DNA of 64,000 nucleotides from Spirochaetia bacterium (GCA_965208575.1 CBDBOV010000006.1:1024001-1088000), one strand, 5' to 3'; counted from the first letter of the stretch, positions 1-9,093 are shown. Numbers and translations are program-made. Notes: generated by a model from the sequence alone, not told the origin.

Positions 1-555
1 CCGGTTGCGCCGCGGCCTGACCGGCAGATCGAGTTGACCGCCGGGCCCCGCCGGCGCACCGTTCTCCGAACCGTTCCCCGCCATTTCACCGGCATTGTAG
101 CGACGCCTGCCGCGCCCCCGCAACCCGACCCGACGGCCGGAACCATGCCCGACCGCGAACCGTTCAAACCGGTGGCGATTCAGTGCAGCGGGCACGTCGA
201 GCAATACACCCGCATCGCGCGAGGCCTTGGCCCACTCCAGCAGCAAGTCGAATTGCCACTGTTCCTGGAGGCCGCCAAACCACTGCATCCCGTCGGACGA
301 AATGACACAGATGACATTGGCCAGGTCGCACGGGCCGAGGCATCCGGAAATCGTCAGTTGCACCGACTTGTTGAGTTTCTCGTCCTTCCACTGCTGCTTG
401 ATCCAGTCGCGCGGCACCGGCTTGAACCCCTTGTCCGTGCGACCGCAGCAACAGCCTTCGCACACCTCGATCTGGCCAAGAATGCGGCCGCGGGCCGTCG
501 CCAACGGTTCGCCGGCGCCGAGCGCTGCGCGGATGCGCTCGGTCTGAGCATTCAT
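1..555 (-). CDS. Thioredoxin-like (2Fe-2S) ferredoxin-domain protein, open to the window edge and continuing in frame into a porphobilinogen synthase (HemB)-like N-terminus (partial)
   Basis: Hand translation from ATG 555: MNAQTERIRAALGAGEPLATARGRILGQIEVCEGCCCGRTDKG...LTISGCLGPCDLANV...RHRFERF. There is no stop, and the frame continues MAGNGSENGAPAGPGGQLDLPVRPRRNR (internal ATG at 84). CxGCCCG/GCLGPC motifs; RPRRNR is typical of HemB N-termini. Absent from the ORF track. Confidence 0.7.
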   Translation of the reverse strand, partial: MNAQTERIRAALGAGEPLATARGRILGQIEVCEGCCCGRTDKGFKPVPRDWIKQQWKDEKLNKSVQLTISGCLGPCDLANVICVISSDGMQWFGGLQEQWQFDLLLEWAKASRDAGVLLDVPAALNRHRFERFAVGHGSGRRVGLRGRGRRRYNAGEMAGNGSENGAPAGPGGQLDLPVRPRRNR

Positions 556-613
556 GGGCGTGCCTTGCTTGCGAACGCAACGGCTCGACCCACCCTGCCG
601 TTGCGCTCATGCG

Positions 614-1660
614 TCACTTGCTGCTCACGCGCCAAACCGTCGCACCACCCTGGGCGTCGAGCGCGGCCAGCGCGCGTCCATCCGGTCGCCAGTACAAGGC
701 GCCGACCACGTCGGCTACGGGCGCAACTCCTATCGGACCGCCTTGTCCATCGCGCCGGAGTGACCATACAACTACGCCGCGGTCCCGAGCTCCCGAGGCC
801 AGGCGCATCCCGCGGCGAGCGAAGGCGAGCGCGGTAACAGGTGCAACATGAAATTCCAGGACGCCGGGCCGGGTGCCTTCGGGACCATTTCCCTGGAAGC
901 TCCAGACCGTCACCGCCTCGCCGCCGCTGGTGGCCAACAGCGTGCCGGTGTCATCGAAGGCCAAGGCCGACGGCTTGCCACGATATCCTGACATCATCGA
1001 GTCCTTCTCCGTGGAGCGTCGCCAAAAGTGCACCGAGTTGTCCTGGCTGCCGCAGGCCACGATATCCCCGTCCGGGCTCAGTTCCAACGACACCAGGGAG
1101 CCCGTCCACTCCAGCTTCTGGCGAAGCTCCCCGGTGGACGCGGCGAAGAACGTCACCCGACCGTAACAGGCCGTCGCCAGCTCCTCTGTGCTGGACCACG
1201 CGATCGCGCTGACGGTACTGGGATGAGCATGCGACTGCCAGATTTTCGCCCCATCCGCGCCATACGCGTGCACCTGCCGGGAGCAGGAGGCTGCCAACCA
1301 CTGTCCGTCCGGCGACCACGCCACGTGCTCCACCCAACCGCTGCCGACGTCGATAGACTCGCTGACCCGACCTTCGGCGGCACTCCAGACCAGGACTCGG
1401 CCGTCCTGGCCGGCCGTAGCGAACGTGGGACGGTTCGGATGGATCGCCAGCGCGAGCACCCCGCCTTCATGGACTCCGCGTTGCGCCCAGACGGTGGCGC
1501 CGGATATGCGGTCGAACGCGTAGACACCACCGGCGGCATCTCCGACCACCAGCGCCTCACCGCCTGGGGTCCACCCGCCGGCGATGGCGTAGTCACCGAC
1601 CTGCGCGGACCAGCCGGGGCGTAGCACGCCCCGCGGACGGCCCTCATTCAGATAAGGCAT
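614..1660 (-). CDS. WD40-repeat beta-propeller protein
   Basis: Repeated WD-type motifs (ATAGQDGRVLVW, AWSPDGQWLA, CGSQDNSVHFW, LASGARDRGVVVW); overlaps the end of the COG0523 gene. Confidence 0.85.
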   Translation of the reverse strand: MPYLNEGRPRGVLRPGWSAQVGDYAIAGGWTPGGEALVVGDAAGGVYAFDRISGATVWAQRGVHEGGVLALAIHPNRPTFATAGQDGRVLVWSAAEGRVSESIDVGSGWVEHVAWSPDGQWLAASCSRQVHAYGADGAKIWQSHAHPSTVSAIAWSSTEELATACYGRVTFFAASTGELRQKLEWTGSLVSLELSPDGDIVACGSQDNSVHFWRRSTEKDSMMSGYRGKPSALAFDDTGTLLATSGGEAVTVWSFQGNGPEGTRPGVLEFHVAPVTALAFARRGMRLASGARDRGVVVWSLRRDGQGGPIGVAPVADVVGALYWRPDGRALAALDAQGGATVWRVSSK

Positions 1661-3069
1661 GCCTCGAAGCTCTGCCGCATGTACTGCTCGTCGAGGTTGC
1701 GGCCGATGAACACGAGCTGATTGCGGCGGGGCGCGTCTCCCCAAGGGCGATCCGGCTGTCCGTCGAAGAGCATGTGAACCCCCTGAAAGACGAAACGGCG
1801 CGACTCACCTGCGAGGCTGATGAAACCCTTCATTCGGAAGATGTCCACCCCGCGTTCGCGGAGCAGTTCGCCAAGCCACGCGTCGAGCCTGCCGGGGTGG
1901 ACGTCGCCATCGCTCTCGATTGCAATCGATCCCACCTCGTCGTCATGCTCGTGCTGTGCGACCCAGGTTCGCTCGACCTCGACGGGAACCGCGCCCGCAA
2001 TGCGCGAGGCGCCGGTCTCCGTGGCGGGCGCCGGCTTGGAGCGCGGACTGTGTTCCGGTCTGATTGTCGCTCCATTCGCGCTGGTCAGTTGCAGATCGAA
2101 CTCCTCCGCCGTGTGCTCGGTGTAGAAACCGACCCGCACCTGCCGATCGACCTCCAGGAAGAACGACTTGCGCCCCGCGGAATCGAGCTGGAGGTTCAGG
2201 TGCTTTCCGACAGGAATCTCGTCCCCCGGGCGAACGAGATCCGCAGGTTCGGCGTACCGACGCACGCACCACTCCGCGCCCTCGCGAAGTGCGGAGTCAT
2301 CCGTGCCCTGGTCGGGAACGATGACAAGAGACATCGCCGGATCAGGGCCATCGTCGAGGCTGAGTTCGTAGCGCCCGCTGTCGAGCGAATAGACTCCAGT
2401 CCATTCGAACGGGTATTCCGGCTCAAGGAACGTGGGCCGCCGCTCGAGCACCTGGTCCAGGTCGAAGGCGCCGAGGTTGAGCACCGTATCGACGGAGACG
2501 TCCGCCCGCTCGCTGCGGATGACACGCGCCATCCGGTTCATGTCACGGAGCCGCGCCTCGAGCCGGTCGAGCGTGTCGCCGTCGACGAGATCCGTCTTGT
2601 TGAGCACGAGGATGTCCGCGAACGCGACCTGCTCCGTGCTCTCGTCGCTGCGGCCGAGCTGCTGCTCGATGTGGGCCGCGTCGACGAGCGTGACGATCCC
2701 GTCGAGCGCGAACTCCGCGCGAATCTCGTCGTCCATGAAGAAGGTTTGAGCGACCGGACCGGGATCGGCGAGGCCCGTGGTCTCCACCAGCACGTAGTCG
2801 AACTTGTCCCGGCGCTTCATGAGGTTGCCGAGCACGCGAATCAGGTCCCCGCGCACCGTGCAGCAGATGCAGCCGTTCGACATCTCGAAGATCTCCTCGT
2901 CAGCATTGATGACGAGTGCCTGGTCGATGCCGACCTCCCCGAATTCGTTTTCGATCACGGCGATGCGTTTGCCGTGTTCCTCACTCAAGATCCGGTTCAG
3001 CAGGGTCGTCTTGCCGGAGCCGAGGAAGCCGGTAAGGATCGTGACAGGTATGTTTCGGGACGCGTTCAT
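1648..3069 (-). CDS. COG0523 (CobW/ZigA-like) G3E metallochaperone GTPase
   Basis: GFLGSGKTT, ENEFG, GCICC (CxCC), ETTGLADP, NKTD, CobW_C-like C-terminus (FQGVH...LVFIGRNLD); RBS AGGAGG. Confidence 0.95.
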   Translation of the reverse strand: MNASRNIPVTILTGFLGSGKTTLLNRILSEEHGKRIAVIENEFGEVGIDQALVINADEEIFEMSNGCICCTVRGDLIRVLGNLMKRRDKFDYVLVETTGLADPGPVAQTFFMDDEIRAEFALDGIVTLVDAAHIEQQLGRSDESTEQVAFADILVLNKTDLVDGDTLDRLEARLRDMNRMARVIRSERADVSVDTVLNLGAFDLDQVLERRPTFLEPEYPFEWTGVYSLDSGRYELSLDDGPDPAMSLVIVPDQGTDDSALREGAEWCVRRYAEPADLVRPGDEIPVGKHLNLQLDSAGRKSFFLEVDRQVRVGFYTEHTAEEFDLQLTSANGATIRPEHSPRSKPAPATETGASRIAGAVPVEVERTWVAQHEHDDEVGSIAIESDGDVHPGRLDAWLGELLRERGVDIFRMKGFISLAGESRRFVFQGVHMLFDGQPDRPWGDAPRRNQLVFIGRNLDEQYMRQSFEACLI

Positions 3070-3170
3070 CTATTCCTCCTGGAGTAGCGGTGTAAACACC
3101 GGAATCTCGGCGTCGAGTCCGCACGCCGTACGACGAACGGATACGCCAACGGTGCCAAATATCAGGTCGG

Positions 3171-3248
3171 TCATCGGGCGCGCAGGCCGAGCCCCGCGGC
3201 CGCGGCGCCGACGACGACAATGCCGAGTGACCGGGCTCCTTTCGTCAT
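3171..3248 (-). pseudogene. 5' stub of an FAD/NAD-binding oxidoreductase
   Basis: MTKGARSLGIVVVGAAAAGLGLRAR*: a Rossmann-like first strand and glycine-rich loop that stops immediately. Confidence 0.4.
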
Positions 3249-3252
3249 CCGC

Positions 3253-3426
3253 TCACCTGAACCGTTTCGCGTCGGCTTCGTTCGGTGGCGGGTAGCGCAC
3301 GTCGACGCGAGGCGCGGGCGGCGTGTCGCCGGGGCCGTGGAACGAGATCGCGAGCGGCGGTGCGAGCGGCTTGAGCGTGGCGACGAGGCGGTCGTTGAGG
3401 ACTCTCCCGTCCTGGGTGTCTTTCAT
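3253..3426 (-). pseudogene. Truncated N-terminus of a DUF169-like protein
   Basis: 57-aa ORF immediately after the znuA stop: MKDTQDGRVLNDRLVATLKPLAPPLAISFHG...RVDVRYPPPNE; resembles DUF169 N-termini but ends early. Confidence 0.35.
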
Positions 3427-3429
3427 GAC

Positions 3430-4665
3430 CTATGAGCCAAGTGCGGCCACGATCCGTTCCACGTTGGTGCGCATGAAGCGGTCGTAGGTGTCCGCGGGTC
3501 CGCCGGCTTCGCTCAGCGACCCGGTGTAGATCGGCACGACGGCGATTCCCAGGTCGGAGGCAATCGACTCCGCCACCTGCGGATTCACCGTGGTGCCGAC
3601 GAAGATCGCCGGGACCGCGCACTCTGCGAGCAGTTCGCGCAACTCCGCGAGATGGCGTGCCGACGGCTCGGCCACGGTACTGAAACCCGGCACGACCGAG
3701 TCCAGCAGCTCGAAGCCGTAGCGTTGTGCGAAGTACCCCATCACGTCGTGGTCGGTGACGATCACCCGGTGGTGGCGCGGTACGACCGCTACCTGGTCCT
3801 TGATCCACGCGTCGAGCGTGTCCAGCTCTGCCGCAAGCTCATCCGCGCGGGCGGCATAGTCGGCCTCGTGCGCGGGGTCGATCCCGGCCAGCACTTCGGC
3901 AATCTCGTCGGCCCAGCGGGCAACCAGCGTCGGGTCCATCCACACGTGCGGGTCGAACTCGCCGTGGTGGTGGGCATGCCCCTCGTGCTCGTCCTCGTGT
4001 TCGTCGTGCTCGTCGTGCTCATCCTCGTCGTGGTCGTGCTCATCCTCGTCGTGGTCGTGCTCATCCTCGTCGTGGTCGTGCTCATCCTCGTCGTGGTCGT
4101 GCTCATCCTCGTCGTCGTCGTGCTCGTCCTCGTCGTGGTCGTGTTCATCCTCGTCGTGGTCGTGCTCATCCTCGTCGTGGTCGTGCTCGTCCTCGTCGTG
4201 GTCGTGCTCGTCCTCGTCGTGGTCGTGCTCATCCTCATCGTGATCGTCGTGTTCGTCGTGTTCCTCACCCAGGCGGATGAGTGGCAAGTGGGCGGTCAAG
4301 TCGACCACCATGCGGGGCTCCGCGCTGCTGATCAGGTCGCCGAGGAACTCGGCCTCCAGACCTGCGCCGTTGGTGAACAACACCGCGGCGTCGGCGAGCA
4401 GGTGCGCATCCCGCGGAGTCGGTTGGAACGTATGCGGGTCGGCCCCCGGCGGCATGAGCACGGAGAGCGAGATCAGGTCGCCGCCGACACGGCCAACGAT
4501 GTCGCCGACGATGTTGGTGGTGGCGACCACCAGGACCCGGTCACCCGCCGGGTGTTCCCCCGCCGGCGAGGCGAACAGCACCGGCACGGCGGCCAGCGCG
4601 AGCAGTACGGCGCCGATCGAAGTGGCCAACGTGCGACCAATTGAAAGCTTCGGAGATGGATACAT
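3430..4665 (-). CDS. znuA: ZnuA/TroA-family metal ABC substrate-binding protein with a very long His/Asp/Glu loop
   Basis: Signal peptide, VVATT, GADPHTFQP, DPHVWMDP, TDHD..GYFAQRYG; (HDHDEDE)n insert. Confidence 0.92.
   Translation of the reverse strand: MYPSPKLSIGRTLATSIGAVLLALAAVPVLFASPAGEHPAGDRVLVVATTNIVGDIVGRVGGDLISLSVLMPPGADPHTFQPTPRDAHLLADAAVLFTNGAGLEAEFLGDLISSAEPRMVVDLTAHLPLIRLGEEHDEHDDHDEDEHDHDEDEHDHDEDEHDHDEDEHDHDEDEHDHDEDEHDDDEDEHDHDEDEHDHDEDEHDHDEDEHDHDEDEHDEHDEHEDEHEGHAHHHGEFDPHVWMDPTLVARWADEIAEVLAGIDPAHEADYAARADELAAELDTLDAWIKDQVAVVPRHHRVIVTDHDVMGYFAQRYGFELLDSVVPGFSTVAEPSARHLAELRELLAECAVPAIFVGTTVNPQVAESIASDLGIAVVPIYTGSLSEAGGPADTYDRFMRTNVERIVAALGS
3964..4266 (-). repeat. 21-bp coding tandem repeat, about 10-11 copies, encoding HDHDEDE
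   Basis: + strand unit ctcatcctcgtcgtggtcgtg repeated with few variants. Confidence 0.95.
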
Positions 4666-4680
4666 GGCGTGAATATATTG

Positions 4681-4704
4681 CTATTGAGAGCGCGTTATCA
4701 ATAG
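4681..4704. promoter_or_regulatory. Candidate Fur-family (Zur-like) operator upstream of znuA
   Basis: AT-rich inverted repeat CTATTGA-N10-TCAATAG, 15 bp upstream of the znuA ATG and next to a TATATT -10 box. Confidence 0.6.
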
Positions 4705-4883
4705 TCCTGGCGCGTTGGCACCAGGTCGTTCAGGACTTGTCCGATCCGTCGCTCATCCGGCTACCGCCCGACCGCCACGACCGCCATGGAGTCGTTGCCG
4801 AGCTGTCGGCGCGGAGATATGATGCGACCACTGGCAACTGGAGATGGGAGTGGGGACTCGCGCTCGTCCATATAGACCTGCCC

Positions 4884-5699
4884 ATGGGGTGCGCCGAGGT
4901 GGCTGAAGCGCTGCCGCTGGTGGCACAGCCGGACCTGGCCGGCCAGGTGAACGCCGTGGAGCGGGATGGGTACGTGTACCTGCCGGCGGTGCTCGACGCG
5001 GGGCAGACCGCCGAGTTGCGGGCGCACATGGACCGCCTGCAGCCGAACCCGGAGAGCTTCGACCGCGGCCTCGAGCCGGAGCGCGACGGGTTCATCAACC
5101 GGCATATCAACAACGCCTTCAACCGCGACCCCTACTTCGTCCGCTTCCTCGACCATCCGGGCGTGATCGAGATCGCCGAAGCGCTGCACGGCACCGGCTG
5201 CCACGTGATCGGCATGACCTCCTGGCAGACCGGACCGGGGCGGCCCGACCAAGCCCTGCACGCGGACTGGCAGCCGCTGGAGCTGCCGGAGGACGTGATG
5301 GCCGACCCGCGGGTGCGCATCCCGGTGTACATCTCCACCGCGCACTTCTACCTGGACGACATGACCGAGGAGCTGGGGCCGACCCGCTTCGTGCCGGGCA
5401 GCCACCGCGCGGGGCGGGCGCCCAACGGCGACACCGCCTGGCACGGCCGCGAGGAGCGGAGCATCCTGTGCAGCGCCGGCGACGTGGTGATGTTCCGCAG
5501 CGAGGTGTGGCACCGCGGCACCGCCAACCGCAGCGACCGGGTGCGCTACCTGCTGCAGGTGCACTACGCGCAGCGCTGGATCGCGCAGCGCTTCCCGCCC
5601 TACCTGCACCGGTTCCGGTTCGATCCCGGCATCGTGGCCATGGCCAGCGACCGCCAGCGCCGGCTGATGGGGGACCACCCCCCGGGGAGTTACGATTGA
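4884..5699 (+). CDS. Phytanoyl-CoA dioxygenase (PhyH) family Fe(II)/2OG oxygenase
   Basis: RDGYV, LHADW (HxD), GPTRFVPGSH, VWHRG...R; start uncertain (4884 or 4899). Confidence 0.9.
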   Translation: MGCAEVAEALPLVAQPDLAGQVNAVERDGYVYLPAVLDAGQTAELRAHMDRLQPNPESFDRGLEPERDGFINRHINNAFNRDPYFVRFLDHPGVIEIAEALHGTGCHVIGMTSWQTGPGRPDQALHADWQPLELPEDVMADPRVRIPVYISTAHFYLDDMTEELGPTRFVPGSHRAGRAPNGDTAWHGREERSILCSAGDVVMFRSEVWHRGTANRSDRVRYLLQVHYAQRWIAQRFPPYLHRFRFDPGIVAMASDRQRRLMGDHPPGSYD

Positions 5700-6580
5700 G
5701 TTTCACCCTGAGCGTCGTCACCGACGAGATAGCGCAGGATCCGGCGGCGGCGATCGCGGCGGCGCGCGCGATGGGGTTTTCGCACCTGGAGTTCAACCAG
5801 GTCGGAGGGCGGGGCGTGCACGAGCTGTCCGACGACGCCGTCGCCGAGCTGGGGCGGATGGCCGCCGGCGCGGGCATGCGGGTGATCGCGGTGGATCCGC
5901 CGTCGTTCAAGACGGTGGTGCTGGACGAGGTGCCGACCGCCGAGGTGCCGCGCCACCCGGTGGTAATGGAGCACCTGGAGCAGGTCCGGCGCGCCTGCCG
6001 GACGGCGCGGGCCCTCGGGGCCGGCATCGTGCGCCTGTTCTCGTTTCGGCGCAGCTCCATGGTCGGCCTCGGCAACCCGTCGCCGCGCGAACCGTTGGGC
6101 GGTCCGATCCCCGATCACCTGCTGCCCAAGATCGTAGCCGGGCTGCGCGCCGCCACGGCGATCGCCGACGAGTACGAGGTGACCCTGGGCCTGGAGAACG
6201 TGCGCTCCTGCTGGGGCAATACCGGGCACAACGCGGCGCGCATCCTGGCGGCGGTCGACCACCCGCGGCTGCGCGCCATCTGGGACCCCGGCAACGACTA
6301 CGTTTCCGGCGGCGTGCCCTACCCCGACGGCTACCGGGCCGTGCTGCCGTACATCGTGCACGTGCACGTGAAGGACGCGGCGGTAGTGGACGCCGCTACC
6401 GGCCTCACCCGCTGGGCCTGCATCGGCACCGGCGCGGTGGACTACGCCGGCCAGATCGCCGCCCTGCGCCGCAACCGCTACCGCGGCGCACTCAGCGTCG
6501 AGACCCACTGGCGCAAGCCCGGCGACACCGGCCCCGAGTCCACCCGCGAAACCCTCGCCGGCCTGCGCCGCTTCCTGTGA
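5696..6580 (+). CDS. Sugar phosphate isomerase/epimerase (xylose-isomerase-like TIM barrel)
   Basis: TDEI, LGLEN, WDPGN, HVHVKD, SVETH; TTG start overlaps the upstream stop. Confidence 0.88.
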   Translation: MSFTLSVVTDEIAQDPAAAIAAARAMGFSHLEFNQVGGRGVHELSDDAVAELGRMAAGAGMRVIAVDPPSFKTVVLDEVPTAEVPRHPVVMEHLEQVRRACRTARALGAGIVRLFSFRRSSMVGLGNPSPREPLGGPIPDHLLPKIVAGLRAATAIADEYEVTLGLENVRSCWGNTGHNAARILAAVDHPRLRAIWDPGNDYVSGGVPYPDGYRAVLPYIVHVHVKDAAVVDAATGLTRWACIGTGAVDYAGQIAALRRNRYRGALSVETHWRKPGDTGPESTRETLAGLRRFL

Positions 6581-7461
6581 CCATTCCAGCGGTCGCCAAC
6601 CGCGCCGACGCACCACCGGTCGAAGTGCGCAACCTGCGCAAGCGCTACGGGAAGGGAGCATGGGCCAACGATGGCATCTCATTCGCGGCGGTGGGCGGCG
6701 AGATCCTCGGCATCGTCGGCCCCAACGGTGCCGGCAAGACCACGCTGATCCGCCAGATCACTACCGAGTTGCGTCCCACCTCCGGCGAGGTGCGGGTGTT
6801 CGGCATCGACGCGGTGGCGCGCCCGCACGCGGTCAAGCGCCTGATGGGCGTGATGCCGCAGGAGGCGACCCTGTACTGGGGACTGTCGGTGCACCACCAC
6901 CTGCGTATCTTCGCCAAGCTGCGCGGCCTGCGGCGGCGCGACGCCAAGCGCCGTTGCGAGAAGTTGATCGTCGACCTGGGCCTGCAAGAGCACCGCGACA
7001 AGACCACGGAGACCCTGTCGGGCGGCCTGCGGCGACGCGTGTTGCTGGGCATTGCCGCGGTCGCCGACTCGCCCCTGCTCATCCTCGACGAACCGAGCGT
7101 CGGGCTGGATCCGGAGGCTCGCCGCGACCTGTGGGATCTGCTGCGTTCCTACCGGCAACGTGGCAAGACAGTGCTGCTCTCCACCCACTACATGGAGGAA
7201 GCAGAGGCGCTCTGTTCCCGGGTTGGCATCATCCGGAAAGGCTCGCTACGGGTGCTCGATACGGTTGACAACCTGTACGCCGCCTACGGCTACGACTACA
7301 AGATCACCTTCGCCGGCGCAGACGGCGATGAGACGCTCTACGGCAACGACGACCGGCTGCTGGTACGCCAAGTGCATGAGCGGGGCATCGACCAGTACAG
7401 CGTCTCGCGCATCACGCTGGAAGATGTCTATCTCGGTCTGATCGAAGGCGCGGGCGAGTGA
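6577..7461 (+). CDS. ABC-2 type exporter ATP-binding subunit
   Basis: GPNGAGKTT, LSGG, ILDEPSVGLD, STHYMEEAE. Confidence 0.95.
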   Translation: MTIPAVANRADAPPVEVRNLRKRYGKGAWANDGISFAAVGGEILGIVGPNGAGKTTLIRQITTELRPTSGEVRVFGIDAVARPHAVKRLMGVMPQEATLYWGLSVHHHLRIFAKLRGLRRRDAKRRCEKLIVDLGLQEHRDKTTETLSGGLRRRVLLGIAAVADSPLLILDEPSVGLDPEARRDLWDLLRSYRQRGKTVLLSTHYMEEAEALCSRVGIIRKGSLRVLDTVDNLYAAYGYDYKITFAGADGDETLYGNDDRLLVRQVHERGIDQYSVSRITLEDVYLGLIEGAGE

Positions 7462-8234
7462 GCAGCGCGGCGTCTGACATGCACGACCTCCGCCCCACCG
7501 GTCCGGGCAAGTTCCTGGCGGACGTGGTCAGCATCTTCCAGATCAATGCCATCCCCGCAATCAGGCACTGGTATGTCACCGTGCTGGCCGCCGCCCTGAT
7601 CCCCGTGCCCTGGTTCTACGTCACCCGCACCATCGCCCCGGACGATCCGCAGGTGCTGCGCCGCCTGATGGCAGGCACGCTGGTGTTCGGCGTCACGTTC
7701 TCGATCGGCATGTTCGTGGGGCAGAACTGGGTGGCGCAGCGCTTCAACGGCAGCCTCAAGCTGCTCATCGCCATGCCGGTGTCGAAGGGCTCATACGTCC
7801 TGGGATCACTCCTTTACTCCTCGCTTTCCGGCGCGATCATCGTCCCTGCCCTGTTCGGCTTCGGTCTGCTGGCCGGCGTGGATACCTACCTCACCTGGGG
7901 CTTGGTGCCGGTGCTTGCGCTGGCTGTCCTGACCATGGCCGGCCTGACGCTGTTCGTGGTCAGCTTCGCGCCATCCCTGCAGGTCGGGAACCTCGTCACC
8001 GGGATGCTGTCGCTGGTGCTGGCGGCCCTGTCGCCGGTCTACTTCACCATGGAGCAGTCGCCGTTGCTGCTGAAGCTGCTGGGTTACGTCTCGCCGCTAC
8101 GCTACGCGGCGGACGGCATCACCAAGTCGCTGTCCGGCCAAACCGACGTCTGGTTCGAACTGGCGGTGCTGTCCGGCTTCGCCGTGGTCACCATGGCCCT
8201 GGGCACCTGGCGCCTCCCCTGGCGCGAGGATTGA
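7458..8234 (+). CDS. ABC-2 type exporter permease
   Basis: About six hydrophobic segments, SPVYF..SPLRYA motif, coupled to the ATPase. Confidence 0.88.
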   Translation: MSSAASDMHDLRPTGPGKFLADVVSIFQINAIPAIRHWYVTVLAAALIPVPWFYVTRTIAPDDPQVLRRLMAGTLVFGVTFSIGMFVGQNWVAQRFNGSLKLLIAMPVSKGSYVLGSLLYSSLSGAIIVPALFGFGLLAGVDTYLTWGLVPVLALAVLTMAGLTLFVVSFAPSLQVGNLVTGMLSLVLAALSPVYFTMEQSPLLLKLLGYVSPLRYAADGITKSLSGQTDVWFELAVLSGFAVVTMALGTWRLPWRED

Positions 8235-8290
8235 GCGGGGGTCGCCGCCTGCCGCGGGAAGCGTTTCCCTGGTTGAGATTAAGCAGCCTC

Positions 8291-8761
8291 CTATCGCTTC
8301 TTGAACAGAACATGCGCGGCGAACTCTCTGCGTATCGCCGCAGGAAGGCGCCCATAATCAACTATCGCCCTATACGCATCAAGTATCTGCTGGTAAACGT
8401 CGAACCGGCTGAACGAAGCAGTAGGATTGTAGTCGGCATCTGCTCGCAACTCCTTCAGCTTTCGCAATGTGGATGCAAAGCGTCTGATTTCTGCAGGAAA
8501 CATCGAAACCGACGAGCGGTTGCAACGCTTGTACGCCATATTGTGATCAAGCTCCCTGTACGCCGACATCCATGCGTCAGAAGTGCGCTGCGATGTTCCG
8601 ATTAACGTGTCCGCATTGGCACCGGAAAGACAATGAAACACCGCATAATAGGCCGTACTTACGGCTCTCCTCAGGTGAGCTTGTCGCGGTCGTCCTCCCG
8701 TATCATGTTCCGTTAGAACCAGTGCGGCGGTAAGCAGGTGTATGGGATCTACGCCTGCCAT
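8291..8761 (-). CDS. HEPN-domain (UPF0332-like) protein, putative toxin
   Basis: RRAVSTAYYAVFH and LRADADY (R-x4-Y) motifs; lower GC. Confidence 0.8.
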   Translation of the reverse strand: MAGVDPIHLLTAALVLTEHDTGGRPRQAHLRRAVSTAYYAVFHCLSGANADTLIGTSQRTSDAWMSAYRELDHNMAYKRCNRSSVSMFPAEIRRFASTLRKLKELRADADYNPTASFSRFDVYQQILDAYRAIVDYGRLPAAIRREFAAHVLFKKR

Positions 8762-9093
8762 ATCTGATTGGACAGTTCCCTTATACGCCGGTCAAGATAT
8801 TTCCTGTCCTTCGGTGTATACTTGACCTTGTCCAATCTATAGAGCACCAAACAGTCGTCCTCGAACAGATCATCAACCTGTGCATGCCAGTCGACGTCGT
8901 ACCATATGGGATCATCCACGATGTCCGCATCTCCATCGAATACAACCAATATCTGTACCAGTGGAGACTCGTCGTCCTTGCTTGTTCTTCTCTGCGCTGA
9001 AATCGTCGGAAACGATGCCCTGCCCTTGAAGTGCGACTCAAGCAGGTTGCGGGTCAACTTCTCAGCTTCTGAAAGTTGATCTTTGTCGCTCAT
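8749..9093 (-). CDS. Small acidic protein, probable nucleotidyltransferase-fold antitoxin partner of the HEPN gene
   Basis: Overlaps the HEPN gene; LVQILVVFDGD strand; gene arrangement typical of MNT-HEPN pairs. Confidence 0.55.
   Translation of the reverse strand: MSDKDQLSEAEKLTRNLLESHFKGRASFPTISAQRRTSKDDESPLVQILVVFDGDADIVDDPIWYDVDWHAQVDDLFEDDCLVLYRLDKVKYTPKDRKYLDRRIRELSNQIWQA

Noticed and set aside
34-837. 267-aa + strand ORF and 164-610 - strand ORF
   Set aside because: No motifs; the convincing gene is the unlisted - strand frame from 555
3964-4266. Regular repeat as a CRISPR array
   Set aside because: Contiguous 21-bp coding units with no unique spacers and no cas genes
3652-4644. Val/Leu-rich 330-aa and Thr-rich 159-aa repeat ORFs
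   Set aside because: Antisense and alternate-frame shadows of the znuA His repeat
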